Numbered from the stretch's first letter, positions 49,996 through 60,288 are shown. The stretch is 64,000 bases of DNA from Nitrosopumilus sp. (GCA_965205215.1 OZ242041.1:1600001-1664000), one strand, 5' to 3'. A program made the numbers and translations. Notes: generated from the sequence alone by a model not told the origin.

Positions 49996-50979
49996 CTAGT
50001 CCCCTCCGACGCCGCCCCCGCCTCCGACGCCGCGGCCCGAGGAGGTAGCCCTAGACTCGGCCGCCTCCTGCCTCCTGAGCCGCCGCGACTCTATTGCAAT
50101 CACCACAAGTATGAACCCAAAGAGCCAAGGCAGGAACATTATCTCGCCGGCAATCTTGTGGTACTCTTCCCATGCCACCGGATCAGCCGTGACCTTGAGC
50201 GCGTACCACGACAGGGAGAATATGCGTATCATGTTCACCACAATGGTGCCAGCAATGCCAATCCCAAAGTATGCCAGCTTGCGGCCCCGCGGAATGTTCA
50301 TTTTCAGCATGAACGCGCCGATTACAAGTGAGAATATGACTACACTATGCACCCCTGCCGACGGCCAGAACACGCGGAGCGCGATCGAGCCGTGGTCACC
50401 CCTCAGAAGCATCAGGTTGTCGCGTGCAATCGCGGTGCCGAGATCGAGCGCCTCGACAAGCCAGACGTTTGCTTGGACCAGATACGGCACGACGTACTGC
50501 AGCGGTCCCAGCGTGTCATACGGAAAGAACGCGTCAAGCGACAGTATTATCGCGGTGCCGGTCAGGAATATCGGGCCCGCCGGCGCGATTCTAAACCACC
50601 TCCTGCCAAATATCACATGCAGCGCGGCCACCATAAAGACGGCCATTATCACAAAGTCCCACATCCACGTCCACGAGTATACGAGCTGGACGTCAAACTG
50701 GGACGAGGCCTCGGTTATCTGATCCCGCAGTCCGTTTTCCAACAGATACAGGTATGCAATTGTTGCGGCCGCGAGAGGGGCGGCTGCGGCTAGCCGCCTT
50801 TCAGAAACTGCAAGCTTGAGGCCCGCCAACTCAGCCACCACGAATATCAGCCCGAATAGGTATCCGCCCCGCCCCTCGTTCCAGCTCCACGTTATGGATT
50901 CAGGGTATGCAACGACTGCAAAGAGTATCGGCCCCGACACGATCAATATCGCGGCCGCAAGCTTCAGATTCCAAGCCAT
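49996..50979 (-). CDS. artG: Thaumarchaeosortase (archaeosortase/exosortase family)
   Basis: Multi-TM protein; V.WPSAG, N.IRI and YH at the triad positions. Confidence 0.8.
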   Translation of the reverse strand: MAWNLKLAAAILIVSGPILFAVVAYPESITWSWNEGRGGYLFGLIFVVAELAGLKLAVSERRLAAAAPLAAATIAYLYLLENGLRDQITEASSQFDVQLVYSWTWMWDFVIMAVFMVAALHVIFGRRWFRIAPAGPIFLTGTAIILSLDAFFPYDTLGPLQYVVPYLVQANVWLVEALDLGTAIARDNLMLLRGDHGSIALRVFWPSAGVHSVVIFSLVIGAFMLKMNIPRGRKLAYFGIGIAGTIVVNMIRIFSLSWYALKVTADPVAWEEYHKIAGEIMFLPWLFGFILVVIAIESRRLRRQEAAESRATSSGRGVGGGGGVGGD

Positions 50980-51260
50980 GTGGAATCGTCCCGTGCGGTC
51001 ACATAAATAGATCAAAAACGGGCACGTCGAGCCGGCGCCCTGCGCGTCCATGCCGACGGCAAGAGGCACACGCAGGAATATGAGCAGCTATTCCGACTCT
51101 TCTGCCGCAGATTCCTCTGACCCGTCATAGTCGGGAGCCCGGCGCCCGGGCCTGATAGGAACATAGAGATGTGTCACAACGTATCGTGCACGCAGCTACA
51201 AGATATGCATCGTGATTAGAAAAAGTTGTCAATTTGATCAAAATATAGTCACGCGGCGGG

Positions 51261-51725
51261 CTAGAGCCGGCACTCGGCCGAGAACGACCGGTGTGTGGTT
51301 ACAAGGGTCAGGGCCAGAATGCAGGCGGAGGCGATCCGAAGTGGCAGCTCGTACTCTGTAAGGAACGCCGTGGCAGTTGCTCCCACCGTCCCAAAGGTGG
51401 AGATTACGGCAAATCCTACCGGTCCGCAGCTGCAGGCTCCCGCGGCCGTGCCCAGCACGGAGCCGGCGATTCCGCCACCCATCTTCCGCCCCGGGCTGCT
51501 CAGCATGACGACGCGGTACACGTTTGCAGGGATTGCCACCGCGGACATTGCGGCAATGAGTATTATCAGCGCCAGCCCCAGCTCGCTGTCCCTTGGAACG
51601 TGCCCAACAAGATATGGCTCCAGAAAAATATACTCGGACATGAACAGCAGGGCGAATGCCAGAACGGCAAATACCGCGGCCGCCATTGCAGAAAACCTTG
51701 CGTCAGAAAACACCATGCGCAGCAT
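51261..51725 (-). CDS. Membrane protein with CSCGP motif, coupled to the DsbA-like gene
   Basis: About 4 TM helices, GACSCGP. Confidence 0.75.
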   Translation of the reverse strand: MLRMVFSDARFSAMAAAVFAVLAFALLFMSEYIFLEPYLVGHVPRDSELGLALIILIAAMSAVAIPANVYRVVMLSSPGRKMGGGIAGSVLGTAAGACSCGPVGFAVISTFGTVGATATAFLTEYELPLRIASACILALTLVTTHRSFSAECRL

Positions 51726-51734
51726 GACGGGTCA

Positions 51735-52442
51735 TCAGCTCAGCGAGTTGATCACCTGAATGAAGGTGCCGTACGGCTGCGCCCCGGGGATCATCACCGA
51801 GCCCCCGCTACTACCCACTATAAAGAATGCCGGGGTCGCATCCACGCCGTGCCCGGCCCCCGTCCGGGTGTTAAAGGAGACGCGTTCGGCGTATTTTTTA
51901 GACGACATGCACTCGTTGAAGGTGTCAATGTCAAGTCCCACCTGCACTGCAAAGCCCCTCAGGTTCGCAGGCGATGCCCATCCCCCGTCTATCCTGCTCT
52001 GCTGCGACTCGTACAGCATGTCGTGGTATTCCCAGTACATGCCCTGATCGCCGGCGCAATGAGAGGCCTGCGCCGCGCCAGGAGAGTCCTGTCCTAGAAA
52101 CGCAAAGTCCACAAACACCAGCTTGGCCTTGCCTGTCGATATGAAGTCATCCACCAGGGGCGGCAGGGTCTGGCTGTGCCATATCTCGCAAAAGTGGCAT
52201 TGGTAGTCCCCAAACTCCACTATCGTGACCGGCGCAGACGGGTCGCCCAGAATCGGCGAGCCGTTACTTGTATCGATGCCACCGTATATCCTGTCCGGAT
52301 AGGGCGCCGGGGCGTCGTCTCCTGCCATGTCCGCGGCGGGTGCCGTGTCGGATCCCATCATTGCAGAGGCGACGGCGGCAACTATCGCGACGGCAACTAT
52401 CGCGACGGCAATCACAGGAGCTTTCTTTCTTGCCACGCGCAT
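51735..52442 (-). CDS. DsbA/thioredoxin-like disulfide oxidoreductase
   Basis: N-terminal anchor, EFGDYQCHFC, GVDATP, GAQPY. Confidence 0.93.
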   Translation of the reverse strand: MRVARKKAPVIAVAIVAVAIVAAVASAMMGSDTAPAADMAGDDAPAPYPDRIYGGIDTSNGSPILGDPSAPVTIVEFGDYQCHFCEIWHSQTLPPLVDDFISTGKAKLVFVDFAFLGQDSPGAAQASHCAGDQGMYWEYHDMLYESQQSRIDGGWASPANLRGFAVQVGLDIDTFNECMSSKKYAERVSFNTRTGAGHGVDATPAFFIVGSSGGSVMIPGAQPYGTFIQVINSLS

Positions 52443-53094
52443 GACGCCCGCGCGTTCTTATAAAAAGACTTGCCACAAACAGTTGCAACCGCTCAGCCCT
52501 CTCCACGTCAAGTCCCAGCATGCAGCCCGCAAACCAGCCATGCGCCAGCGCACCCAGCTGCCGCAAGGGGCGCCGCCACGGGAACAAACGGCCAAAGACA
52601 GCTAAAGAAACGCCCTTTAAACAGATCAATGGCGTCATTGGGGGACGAGTCAAATCATATCGCCGTCTTGGATGGAGGCGCATCAGACATTGCCGCGGCG
52701 CAGGTGAGTCTTCTGCCCGCCGCGCCCCTCCAGCGTATTTTTTGCAGACATGGCAGTGACCGATATGAAAAAAGGGATGCAGGCAATTCTTCGGAGAGTT
52801 ACATTGTGCATTGGAAGGACCAGGCATAAAAAATACGAGCAATATGTGACATGCCATACAACCCGCCCACCCCGTCCCATTCCCCCCCCCCAATGGCGGA
52901 TCCTTTTTCATACAAACCGAACACAGGGCGCGGTTTTTACGAGTCCGGCAGGCAGGCAGAAATAATGAGGGCCGCAGGCATTACGCGCGCACTACAGTCC
53001 CGGGCCGCCCACGGCAAGACAGACATGATTCGGCCTGCCAGATTTCACAGCGTGGTGCGCGTACGGCCATGGCAAAATCGGATGCTCAGAATCC

Positions 53095-53319
53095 CTATCT
53101 ACGCCTGAAGAGTCCCAAAAGCTTTGAGATAGCGGTGTCAAGCGGGCAGGAATCGCAAGAGATGTCGCCCGTACCCGCGTCACTGCGGCTTTTGCCGCAG
53201 CGGCCTGACGTGTACGACGAGCCTCCAAAGTGCATCTCATACTGCTTGCGCGAATCAAAGACCCGATCGCATGACTCGCAGTATACCTTGGATGTCCCCC
53301 TGTTCTCCGACTCGGGCAT
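53095..53319 (-). CDS. Small zinc-finger protein
   Basis: CESCDRVF......H and CDSCPLD; TTTTATAAA about 25 nt upstream. Confidence 0.7.
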   Translation of the reverse strand: MPESENRGTSKVYCESCDRVFDSRKQYEMHFGGSSYTSGRCGKSRSDAGTGDISCDSCPLDTAISKLLGLFRRR

Positions 53320-53507
53320 GTATGATATGAGGCAGCGTCGTTTATAAAAGTCAGGCCTCCGCAGCGGCGGCGGGGACGGTGGCAGGGCGGAGCGCAACCC
53401 GGGCGCCTGCGCGGGCCAGCGCAGCCGGCTCCTGGCACCGGAGATATGCCGGATGGTCGCCGCGCAGGCCGTACCGATGCCGGCGGCGCGCCAGACCCGC
53501 GCGCGGA

Positions 53508-53891
53508 CTAAAAGTAGTGGATGCGCATATGTACGTTCAGCTCCGTCTCGTACCGCGTGACGAACCCGCAGTGGCTGCAGTTGAACATCTCCTGCGGGGA
53601 CGGGGACGCATCACGATCTATCGGCCTCCCGGTCACGGACGCGATCGTAATTACGTCGTTGTTTGCGATTACTGCAAAGTTACGGCCCTCGCCAATCGAG
53701 TCAAGAAACTCCCTGATCGAGTCGACCACCGTGCCGGCGTCGATCCTAGAGCCGCCGTCCTCGTCCTCGTCAAGCGTCGAGAGGGTGAACTGGTTGTTCT
53801 GCAGGGTCGGTATGGCGGCCACCTGATCGGAGACGTACACCAGCAGCTCGTTTCGTATGGGCAGCACGTCCTTGCAGTCAACCACGAGCAT
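53508..53891 (-). CDS. C2H2 zinc-finger protein
   Basis: C-terminal CSHCGF.T.Y..EL..HMRIH. Confidence 0.8.
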   Translation of the reverse strand: MLVVDCKDVLPIRNELLVYVSDQVAAIPTLQNNQFTLSTLDEDEDGGSRIDAGTVVDSIREFLDSIGEGRNFAVIANNDVITIASVTGRPIDRDASPSPQEMFNCSHCGFVTRYETELNVHMRIHYF

Positions 53892-54070
53892 TGCGCCGCA
53901 TGCCACACAATGCAATTTTAGTCTTGGCGCAGTTGCTGCTACGGCCCCGGGCGGCCCAAACGGCGGGCCGGCACAACCGGCAATTCACGAACCGGTGCGG
54001 CGCCAAGCAGGTCATGTGCACCGGCACGCCGGAAAGGAATCAATATTACGGCCGCATTCAAATCGACTGC

Positions 54071-54457
54071 ATGAAGGACTCGGAGACGTTTGGCGTTGAG
54101 GAGGGAAGCGGCAGGGAGGTAGTCGACTGGCTCAATGGGCAGGCGGATGCCAGAAAGATCAAGCTCGAGGCCAGGTTGTACGGGTACAGCGTCGAGACGA
54201 AAAATTTTGGCAGGTTTGAGATGTTCTCGTGGATAGGCGACGTGCAGACGGCAAGAAGGATGATCATAAAAGCAAGCAAGCGCTTCAAGGTGAAGGTGAT
54301 CGAGGGCGGATACAAGCCGAGGGAGAGGGTGCTGAGAATGGAGCGGTTTGACTATGCAAAGGTCAGGAGGGGCGACAGGGTCATAGGACAGATAGAGTTT
54401 GTCGCGTCAAGGTTCGGCAGGGGCCAGTGGACAGTAAGGGACGAGGAGAGAAGGTGA
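54071..54457 (+). CDS. Hypothetical protein
   Basis: 128-aa ORF with host-like codon bias. Confidence 0.72.
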   Translation: MKDSETFGVEEGSGREVVDWLNGQADARKIKLEARLYGYSVETKNFGRFEMFSWIGDVQTARRMIIKASKRFKVKVIEGGYKPRERVLRMERFDYAKVRRGDRVIGQIEFVASRFGRGQWTVRDEERR

Positions 54458-54477
54458 CGCCTGTGGCAGACGGGAAG

Positions 54478-55425
54478 ATGCGGGGGGAGAAGGAGGCAGG
54501 GGCGCCCGGCACCAACCCCGCAAGGCCGCGCATCGGAATAGTCGGCACGGGCATGCTCGGAAGCGCCGTCGCAGTCAGGCTCGCAGAATCTGGCGCGTAC
54601 GCGGTGTCCGCATACAACAGGACCGCCCAAAACGCTGAAGTGGCCGGGGCCGCGGGGGCCAGGGTTCTGGGGTCGCCTGCGGCGGTCGCCAAGGAGTCCG
54701 ACGTTGTAGTTACAATCGTAAAGGACGCGGACGCTGTCAGGGACGTCTCGTTCGGCCCCGGCGGGATCGTCGAAGGCTGCCACGGGGGCCTGACAGTGGC
54801 AGACATGAGCACGATCGATCCGGCAGGCTCAAAGGAGATCACCGCAGAGTGCGCGCGGTACGGCATAGGCAGGGTAGACTCCCCCGTAATGGGAGGCCCC
54901 GACGCGGCCGCGGCCGGAAGTCTGGTCGTGATGGCATCCGGCAGCCGCGTCGCGTTTGACGCGTGCAGCCAGGTCTTTGACTACATGGCAGAGAGCGTAT
55001 TCTATCTCGGCGACAGGCCCGGCACGGCCCACACCATCAAGCTTGCAATGAACATGCAGATAACCATGCTTGCACTCTCGCTTGCGGAGGGAATCACGCT
55101 GGTGGACAGGTCCGGGGCCGATCCCAAGGCATTCCTTGACGTGCTGAACTCCACCTATTTCTCCACGGGGATGAGCCGCAAAAAGGCCTACAACATGATA
55201 AGCGGCCGGCAGAACCCGACGTTTACGCTTGCAAACCTGAGAAAGGACATAGGCATAATGACGTCCGCGGCAGGCCTGCTAGGCGTGGATCTGCCTATGA
55301 CAAAGGCGGCAGAAAAAGTATACGACGAGGCGCTCAGTGAAGGGCACGGGGAGCTCGACTATACGTGCATAATCAGGCACATAAGGGAGCGGCACGACAA
55401 AGAGCAGCAGCAGCAGGCGCAGTGA
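54478..55425 (+). CDS. NAD(P)-dependent beta-hydroxyacid dehydrogenase (3-hydroxyisobutyrate DH family)
   Basis: GTGMLG, DMSTI, DSPVMGG, KLAMN, KD; start uncertain. Confidence 0.92.
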   Translation: MRGEKEAGAPGTNPARPRIGIVGTGMLGSAVAVRLAESGAYAVSAYNRTAQNAEVAGAAGARVLGSPAAVAKESDVVVTIVKDADAVRDVSFGPGGIVEGCHGGLTVADMSTIDPAGSKEITAECARYGIGRVDSPVMGGPDAAAAGSLVVMASGSRVAFDACSQVFDYMAESVFYLGDRPGTAHTIKLAMNMQITMLALSLAEGITLVDRSGADPKAFLDVLNSTYFSTGMSRKKAYNMISGRQNPTFTLANLRKDIGIMTSAAGLLGVDLPMTKAAEKVYDEALSEGHGELDYTCIIRHIRERHDKEQQQQAQ

Positions 55426-55726
55426 CGCGGCACGCCGCACGCAGCCAGGATGCAGGCAGGCACCAGTCACGCAGGTGCAATCCCCTTGCGGCTCCGTCCG
55501 GCATACGCCTTGTAGCACAGCGCGGACACGACCAGCACCATTCCCGTGATTGCCGACCACAGCACAAAGGAGAGCGCCTGCGCATCTTCCATGAACCGCG
55601 CTGCGCGGGGCAACTAATACGTCTGCCGTTAAATCACGGGCCACGGCAGGGCCGACCAGGCCACGGCCCGAGGTTTCAAGGCCCGGGGCGCCCGGTCAGA
55701 TCCGGAGCCGGCCCGAGGATGCACGA

Positions 55727-57377
55727 GTATAGACTCAGGTCGCCACGTCTCATGATTCGAGCATATGTGAAGGACCGTCTCAGCATGTGGCGGCGACAGA
55801 GGGCACCGCCGTTGTAGCCTGTACCAGCCGTTCGACGCGCTCCGGGCAGTCGGGCGGTTTGAATATGCGCCAGTCAGGATCCTCGATCATGCGCTCCACC
55901 GCCATACGCGGGAACACACCCATCTTCTGGCACGTGCGCGCGACGGACACCAGCACGGAGAACACGTGGCGCCCGTCGGGTTCTGACAGCTGGTGGCGCA
56001 CGTTGCGGTGCAGCACGACGGTATCGCGTATTTCCAGCTCGGCGGCGTTGTTATGGGGCGGCATGCCCGGACATCTGAGGAACGTGAACAGGTGCGGGGC
56101 GGCGTTCTCCAGCGTCTCGCGGAACCCGTGACCCTTTTTGTAGCCCGACGCTATGCGCAGCACGGCCCTCTCCAGGTTTAGGCACTCGGCGCCGTCCGCC
56201 GACTCGCGGCTTTTGATCCTCCGGTACATGGAGAGCAGCCTGCGGTAGCACGACAGGTCGTCCCCGCCGTTTCTCACGGCGTATTTCTCGGCCTCGCGCA
56301 GTATGTGGGCCCAGCAGCGCTGCCTGACCGGGAGCATGCCGTACGCGACATATCCGTCCGTGACGGCCGGCATGCCCAGCAGGCCGCCAAAGTGCAGCTC
56401 CAGTACGGCCGCGGCCCTGCTCGGGGCCGCCACGATATACGTGGCGTCCCCTGTAGTCGCCAGCCATACGTACCCCCTCTTGCCGTTCATCCTGATAACC
56501 GACTCGTCGAACTGGACGAACGCGGCGCGCGAGATCCTCTCTAGGATGCCGTCGTACGCGGCCCCGAGCAGGTTCCTTATCGCCCTGCGCGCGTTCCAGA
56601 CCGCGTTTGCGGACACCGAAAAGCCGTAGAGCGCCCGGAAATAGTACGATATGGTCGAGTCAGTCGACCTCTTGGCGTAGTATTCGAGTATGAACCCTAG
56701 GGCCCTCGGGCCGAACGACGTGCCGGGCGGCAGGGGAGCCGGGGCGGTGCTGACCGCGCTGCACCTCCTGCAGAATCCGCGCTCGAGCACGTACGCGACC
56801 GTCTCGATGCACCTGCTGCTTTCATCCGGAAAGTCGTTTACGATTCTCGTGACGGGGGCCGCGTACGCGAGGTGGCCACGCCCACAGTTCCGGCACCGGT
56901 ACAGGCGCATGCGCTCCCTCCTCGAGGGCCTGTTACCGTGGGACGCGCCCTCGTGCCCCTCCGGAGGCCCGCTGCGCCTGCCCGCCGCGCTTTCTTTCGG
57001 TTCAGGTCCGCCCCCGTCCCCCTCCTCTTCTGCCAGCCTCTTCCGGAACGCGTCGCGCTCCGCGTTGTATATGGAACCCGTGGAGGACGGCGCGTTCGGG
57101 CTCTCGTATTTGGCCAGCCTCCTGTCCTGCTCTGCAATAGTCTCCATAAGCAGGTCTATCTGCTCCTCAAGGCCGGCCCTTATCCTGTCACGCTCGGCCT
57201 CCACCCGGGCGACTGCATCCTGCAGCCTCTTGATCTCCGCCATCATCTTGGCCATCTCCCGACGCAGCAGTGCCGTCTCGGAATCGCCCATGGACAATTT
57301 GCAGAATATATGATCTATAAGCTTGTCGGCCTGCCAGAGTTGCCAACAGGGTCACAGGCATGGACGTGAGTCCATAC
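55727..57377 (-). mobile_element. IS66-family element, copy 2 (apparently identical to copy 1)
   Basis: Same termini; 8-bp TSD ATGCACGA at 55719-55726 and 57378-57385; constant offset of 27627 from copy 1. Confidence 0.95.
55780..57291 (-). CDS. IS66-family transposase
   Basis: Translation identical to copy 1. Confidence 0.93.
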   Translation of the reverse strand: MGDSETALLRREMAKMMAEIKRLQDAVARVEAERDRIRAGLEEQIDLLMETIAEQDRRLAKYESPNAPSSTGSIYNAERDAFRKRLAEEEGDGGGPEPKESAAGRRSGPPEGHEGASHGNRPSRRERMRLYRCRNCGRGHLAYAAPVTRIVNDFPDESSRCIETVAYVLERGFCRRCSAVSTAPAPLPPGTSFGPRALGFILEYYAKRSTDSTISYYFRALYGFSVSANAVWNARRAIRNLLGAAYDGILERISRAAFVQFDESVIRMNGKRGYVWLATTGDATYIVAAPSRAAAVLELHFGGLLGMPAVTDGYVAYGMLPVRQRCWAHILREAEKYAVRNGGDDLSCYRRLLSMYRRIKSRESADGAECLNLERAVLRIASGYKKGHGFRETLENAAPHLFTFLRCPGMPPHNNAAELEIRDTVVLHRNVRHQLSEPDGRHVFSVLVSVARTCQKMGVFPRMAVERMIEDPDWRIFKPPDCPERVERLVQATTAVPSVAATC

Positions 57378-57424
57378 ATGCACGACCGTGAAACATCTAA
57401 ATAGATTCGGCGCAGACTCAGTGC

Positions 57425-57634
57425 ATGCCGGAACTGGTGTGCACCGACTGCGGCAAGCGCCTGTACCACGACAACGAGACCACGCTAAAGATACAGGAGA
57501 CCATCCACTCAAAGTTTTGCCGCAAGGAGATGGGCAAGACGCACAGCTACATGCACAGGAACGAGGCGCACATGGAAACCTTTGACGTCGAAAGGGAGAA
57601 CGACACTGCGGGCAACCCCGTCCTCAAAAAGTAG
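57425..57634 (+). CDS. Small putative zinc-finger protein
   Basis: CTDC......H..FC; TATA-like TCTAAATA about 29 nt upstream. Confidence 0.7.
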   Translation: MPELVCTDCGKRLYHDNETTLKIQETIHSKFCRKEMGKTHSYMHRNEAHMETFDVERENDTAGNPVLKK

Positions 57635-57715
57635 GCGCCAGTCGTGGCGCGCAAGCGTATCGCGCATGTTTAGAATATAACGGGGCCGCGCCCACGCGCC
57701 ATATTGCCTGCAGGC

Positions 57716-58951
57716 ATGTCAGATGACAGCGGCCGGAATCAGGGCCGGACAGACGTGATAGTGGTGGGGGGCGGCCCTGCCGGCTCGTCCGCGGCGTACG
57801 CGGCGGCGTCGGGAGGGGCCAGCGTCGTGCTGTTTGAAAAGGAAGATTCTATTGCGCAGACGGTCAGGACAAGCGGCGTCACCTGGATAGACGAGGTCAG
57901 GGAGTTTGGCATCCCGCAGGAATGCTACAACCCAGTCAGCGGGTTTTCATTCTGCTCCCCGAACAACACGGTCAGCATCGGGGGCGGGGACGAGCCCACG
58001 GCGGCCGTCCTCGACGTGAGGGCCACGTACAGGTGGCTCGCGTCACAGGCGGACAGGGCGGGCGCCCGCATCGTCACGGGCGCTGCAGTAACCGGCGTCA
58101 CGAGGGATTCGAGCGGCAGGATCAGCGGCGTGACGGTGGCAAGGGACGGGCAAAACACCGTGCACAAGGCGGACGTCATCATCGATGCAAGCGGCTTTGC
58201 CTCCATAGTATCCAGGTCCGCAGGCATGCAGTGGCAGTGGGACAGATTCGGGGCCGGAGCAGAATACGAGGCAGAGGCAGAGAACGTGGATCCCGACACG
58301 TGGTGGCTCATGGTCGGACAAAAGTACTCGCCCGCCGGATACGCGTGGATATTCCCAGTCGGCGGCAAGACCGTCAGGATCGGGGTGGGGGTGGGCAAGC
58401 CCGAGAGTGGCGCGGACCCGACCCACATACTAAAACGGCTTGTCGCAGACAGGGAGGGTCCGATAGCGGACCTGGGGGACATCAAGGTCACGGAGTTCCA
58501 CTATGGACTGATTCCAAACGACGGCCTCGCGCGAAGGACGATATACGACGGCCTGATGCTTGTCGGCGACTCGGCAGGGCAGGCAAACCCGCTGGTGCTG
58601 GAGGGCATCAGGTACGCGATCCGATTTGGGCGGCTGGCCGGCTCCACCGCCGCATCGGCGGTCCTAGCGGGTGACACGTCGTCCAGAATGCTGCTCCCGT
58701 ACGAGAAGGGATGGCGAAGCGCAATCGAGTCGCGCGTCAGGTCGGCGGGCAGGGTACAGGACAGGTGGCTCGGGCTCTCAGACGAGCAGTGGGACAGGGA
58801 GCTTGACATCATAAGGGGCATGACCCCCGACGAGTTCGTCTCGTTTGTAAAGGCGGAGTTTGGGGTGCTCGACATGGCAAGAATGGCCGCGCGCAGGCCC
58901 GGTACGGCGGCAAGGCACCTGTTCAGGCTTGTCGGGGACAGGCTGAGGTAG
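57716..58951 (+). CDS. Geranylgeranyl reductase family FAD oxidoreductase
   Basis: GGGPAG, PAGYAWIFP, VGDSAG..NPL..EGI. Confidence 0.9.
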   Translation: MSDDSGRNQGRTDVIVVGGGPAGSSAAYAAASGGASVVLFEKEDSIAQTVRTSGVTWIDEVREFGIPQECYNPVSGFSFCSPNNTVSIGGGDEPTAAVLDVRATYRWLASQADRAGARIVTGAAVTGVTRDSSGRISGVTVARDGQNTVHKADVIIDASGFASIVSRSAGMQWQWDRFGAGAEYEAEAENVDPDTWWLMVGQKYSPAGYAWIFPVGGKTVRIGVGVGKPESGADPTHILKRLVADREGPIADLGDIKVTEFHYGLIPNDGLARRTIYDGLMLVGDSAGQANPLVLEGIRYAIRFGRLAGSTAASAVLAGDTSSRMLLPYEKGWRSAIESRVRSAGRVQDRWLGLSDEQWDRELDIIRGMTPDEFVSFVKAEFGVLDMARMAARRPGTAARHLFRLVGDRLR

Positions 58952-59213
58952 CCGCGGCGCGCTGCAGCAGCGCGCGTCGGCTCGCAGAAAGAGGCGGTGC
59001 CGGAGAACATCAAGCCGCTGCCGGACTTAAGATCGGCCAAGGCGCAGGGCAGGGCCGCGGGCACGACTCTGGGACGCGGCAGACCCGCCTGCCCTCTGAG
59101 GCGCCTGCCGCGCGCGGGTGCAGTCAGGGCGGCCTCCGGCCCACCATCCAGAAGGATGCATAAGATGATTTTGAACTATATATGGCATGCCGCAACGCGC
59201 CGGTGATCACAGC

Positions 59214-59855
59214 ATGCCTGACGCGACAGCGCAAAAGTTCGACTCGTGGGCCCTCAACGGCAAGGCCGAAGACATGCAGAGGGGCCACTACAAGAGCGTG
59301 TCTGCAATGCTAAGATCCGCAAAATTCGGAGGCGAGTTTACGTTTCTTGACATCGGGTGCGGAAACGGGTGGGTCGTCAGGTTGGTGACGTCCAGGCATC
59401 CCGGCTGCAGGCTCAGCGTGGGGATAGACAAGAGCGCCAACATGATCAGCCGCGCGGAATCAGATCCGGGCAACACGGGAAGGGAGAGGTACCTTTGCGC
59501 CGACATAGAGGAGTGGAAGTACAGGGGCCGGAAATTCGACTATGTGTTTGCAATGGAGTCGATATATTATGCGGATTCCGTTAGTGCCGCCCTTGCAAAG
59601 ATATACAAGCTCCTAAGGCCGGGGGGCGTCTTTTTGTGCGGGACGGACTTTTACGCGGAGAACACATCCACAAAGAGGTGGGCGGCGGCCATGGGGATTA
59701 CGATGCACCTGCACACCGAGGGCGAGTGGAAGGACATGCTGGCCAGGGCGGGGTTCGAGGTGAGGGCCAGGCGCCTCAAGGACCCGGCCGCCAAGGACGC
59801 ATGGAAGAGGAATACCGGAACGCTGTTTCTGAGGGGAAGAAAGCCCGCAGGGTGA
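59214..59855 (+). CDS. Class I SAM-dependent methyltransferase
   Basis: FLDIGCGNG, FDYVF, LLRPGG. Confidence 0.9.
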   Translation: MPDATAQKFDSWALNGKAEDMQRGHYKSVSAMLRSAKFGGEFTFLDIGCGNGWVVRLVTSRHPGCRLSVGIDKSANMISRAESDPGNTGRERYLCADIEEWKYRGRKFDYVFAMESIYYADSVSAALAKIYKLLRPGGVFLCGTDFYAENTSTKRWAAAMGITMHLHTEGEWKDMLARAGFEVRARRLKDPAAKDAWKRNTGTLFLRGRKPAG

Positions 59856-60007
59856 CATGCTGGCCGGAGCAGCCATCCGGGCGCGGGGCAGGGCTCTGCG
59901 GCACCGCATGGCTGCCATAGCAGCGGCGGCAGCGGCGGCAGCCATCTCCGCCACCGCCAAAAAGATCCAGCGAAACACAGATTATAGGCCCATGCGCCGG
60001 ACACACC

Positions 60008-60288
60008 GTGTGAGCTGAAGCGCGAACGCTGCCACGGCAGAGGAAACTCCTCCCTCCATACAGGGGTGCGATCCGGAGATGGATAGTCGGAGACGGCTGG
60101 CAACGGAGCAGAAAATGATCCAACATGGGGCACTGTGATGGCAGACCCTGAGGTTCCCATGAACGGAATGAAAGAAGCCGACCCGCACGGAGAAAGGCCA
60201 AACAGAGCTGCAGGACCTGTACCAGGCTCAGGTGGGCCGCAAAGCGAAATGTCGCGAGAACAGAAGGAGGGTTACTCTCAGCACACAC
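60008..60288 (+). ncRNA. rnpB: Archaeal RNase P RNA
   Basis: CR-I GAGGAAACTCC (60040-60050), CR-V AACAGAAGGAGGGTTA (60259-60274), CAGAAA, complementary P1 ends. Confidence 0.9.

Noticed and set aside
28100-57377. Composite transposon carrying the 26-kb interval
   Set aside because: Each IS copy has its own matching TSD, the outer flanks differ, and the interval is core genes
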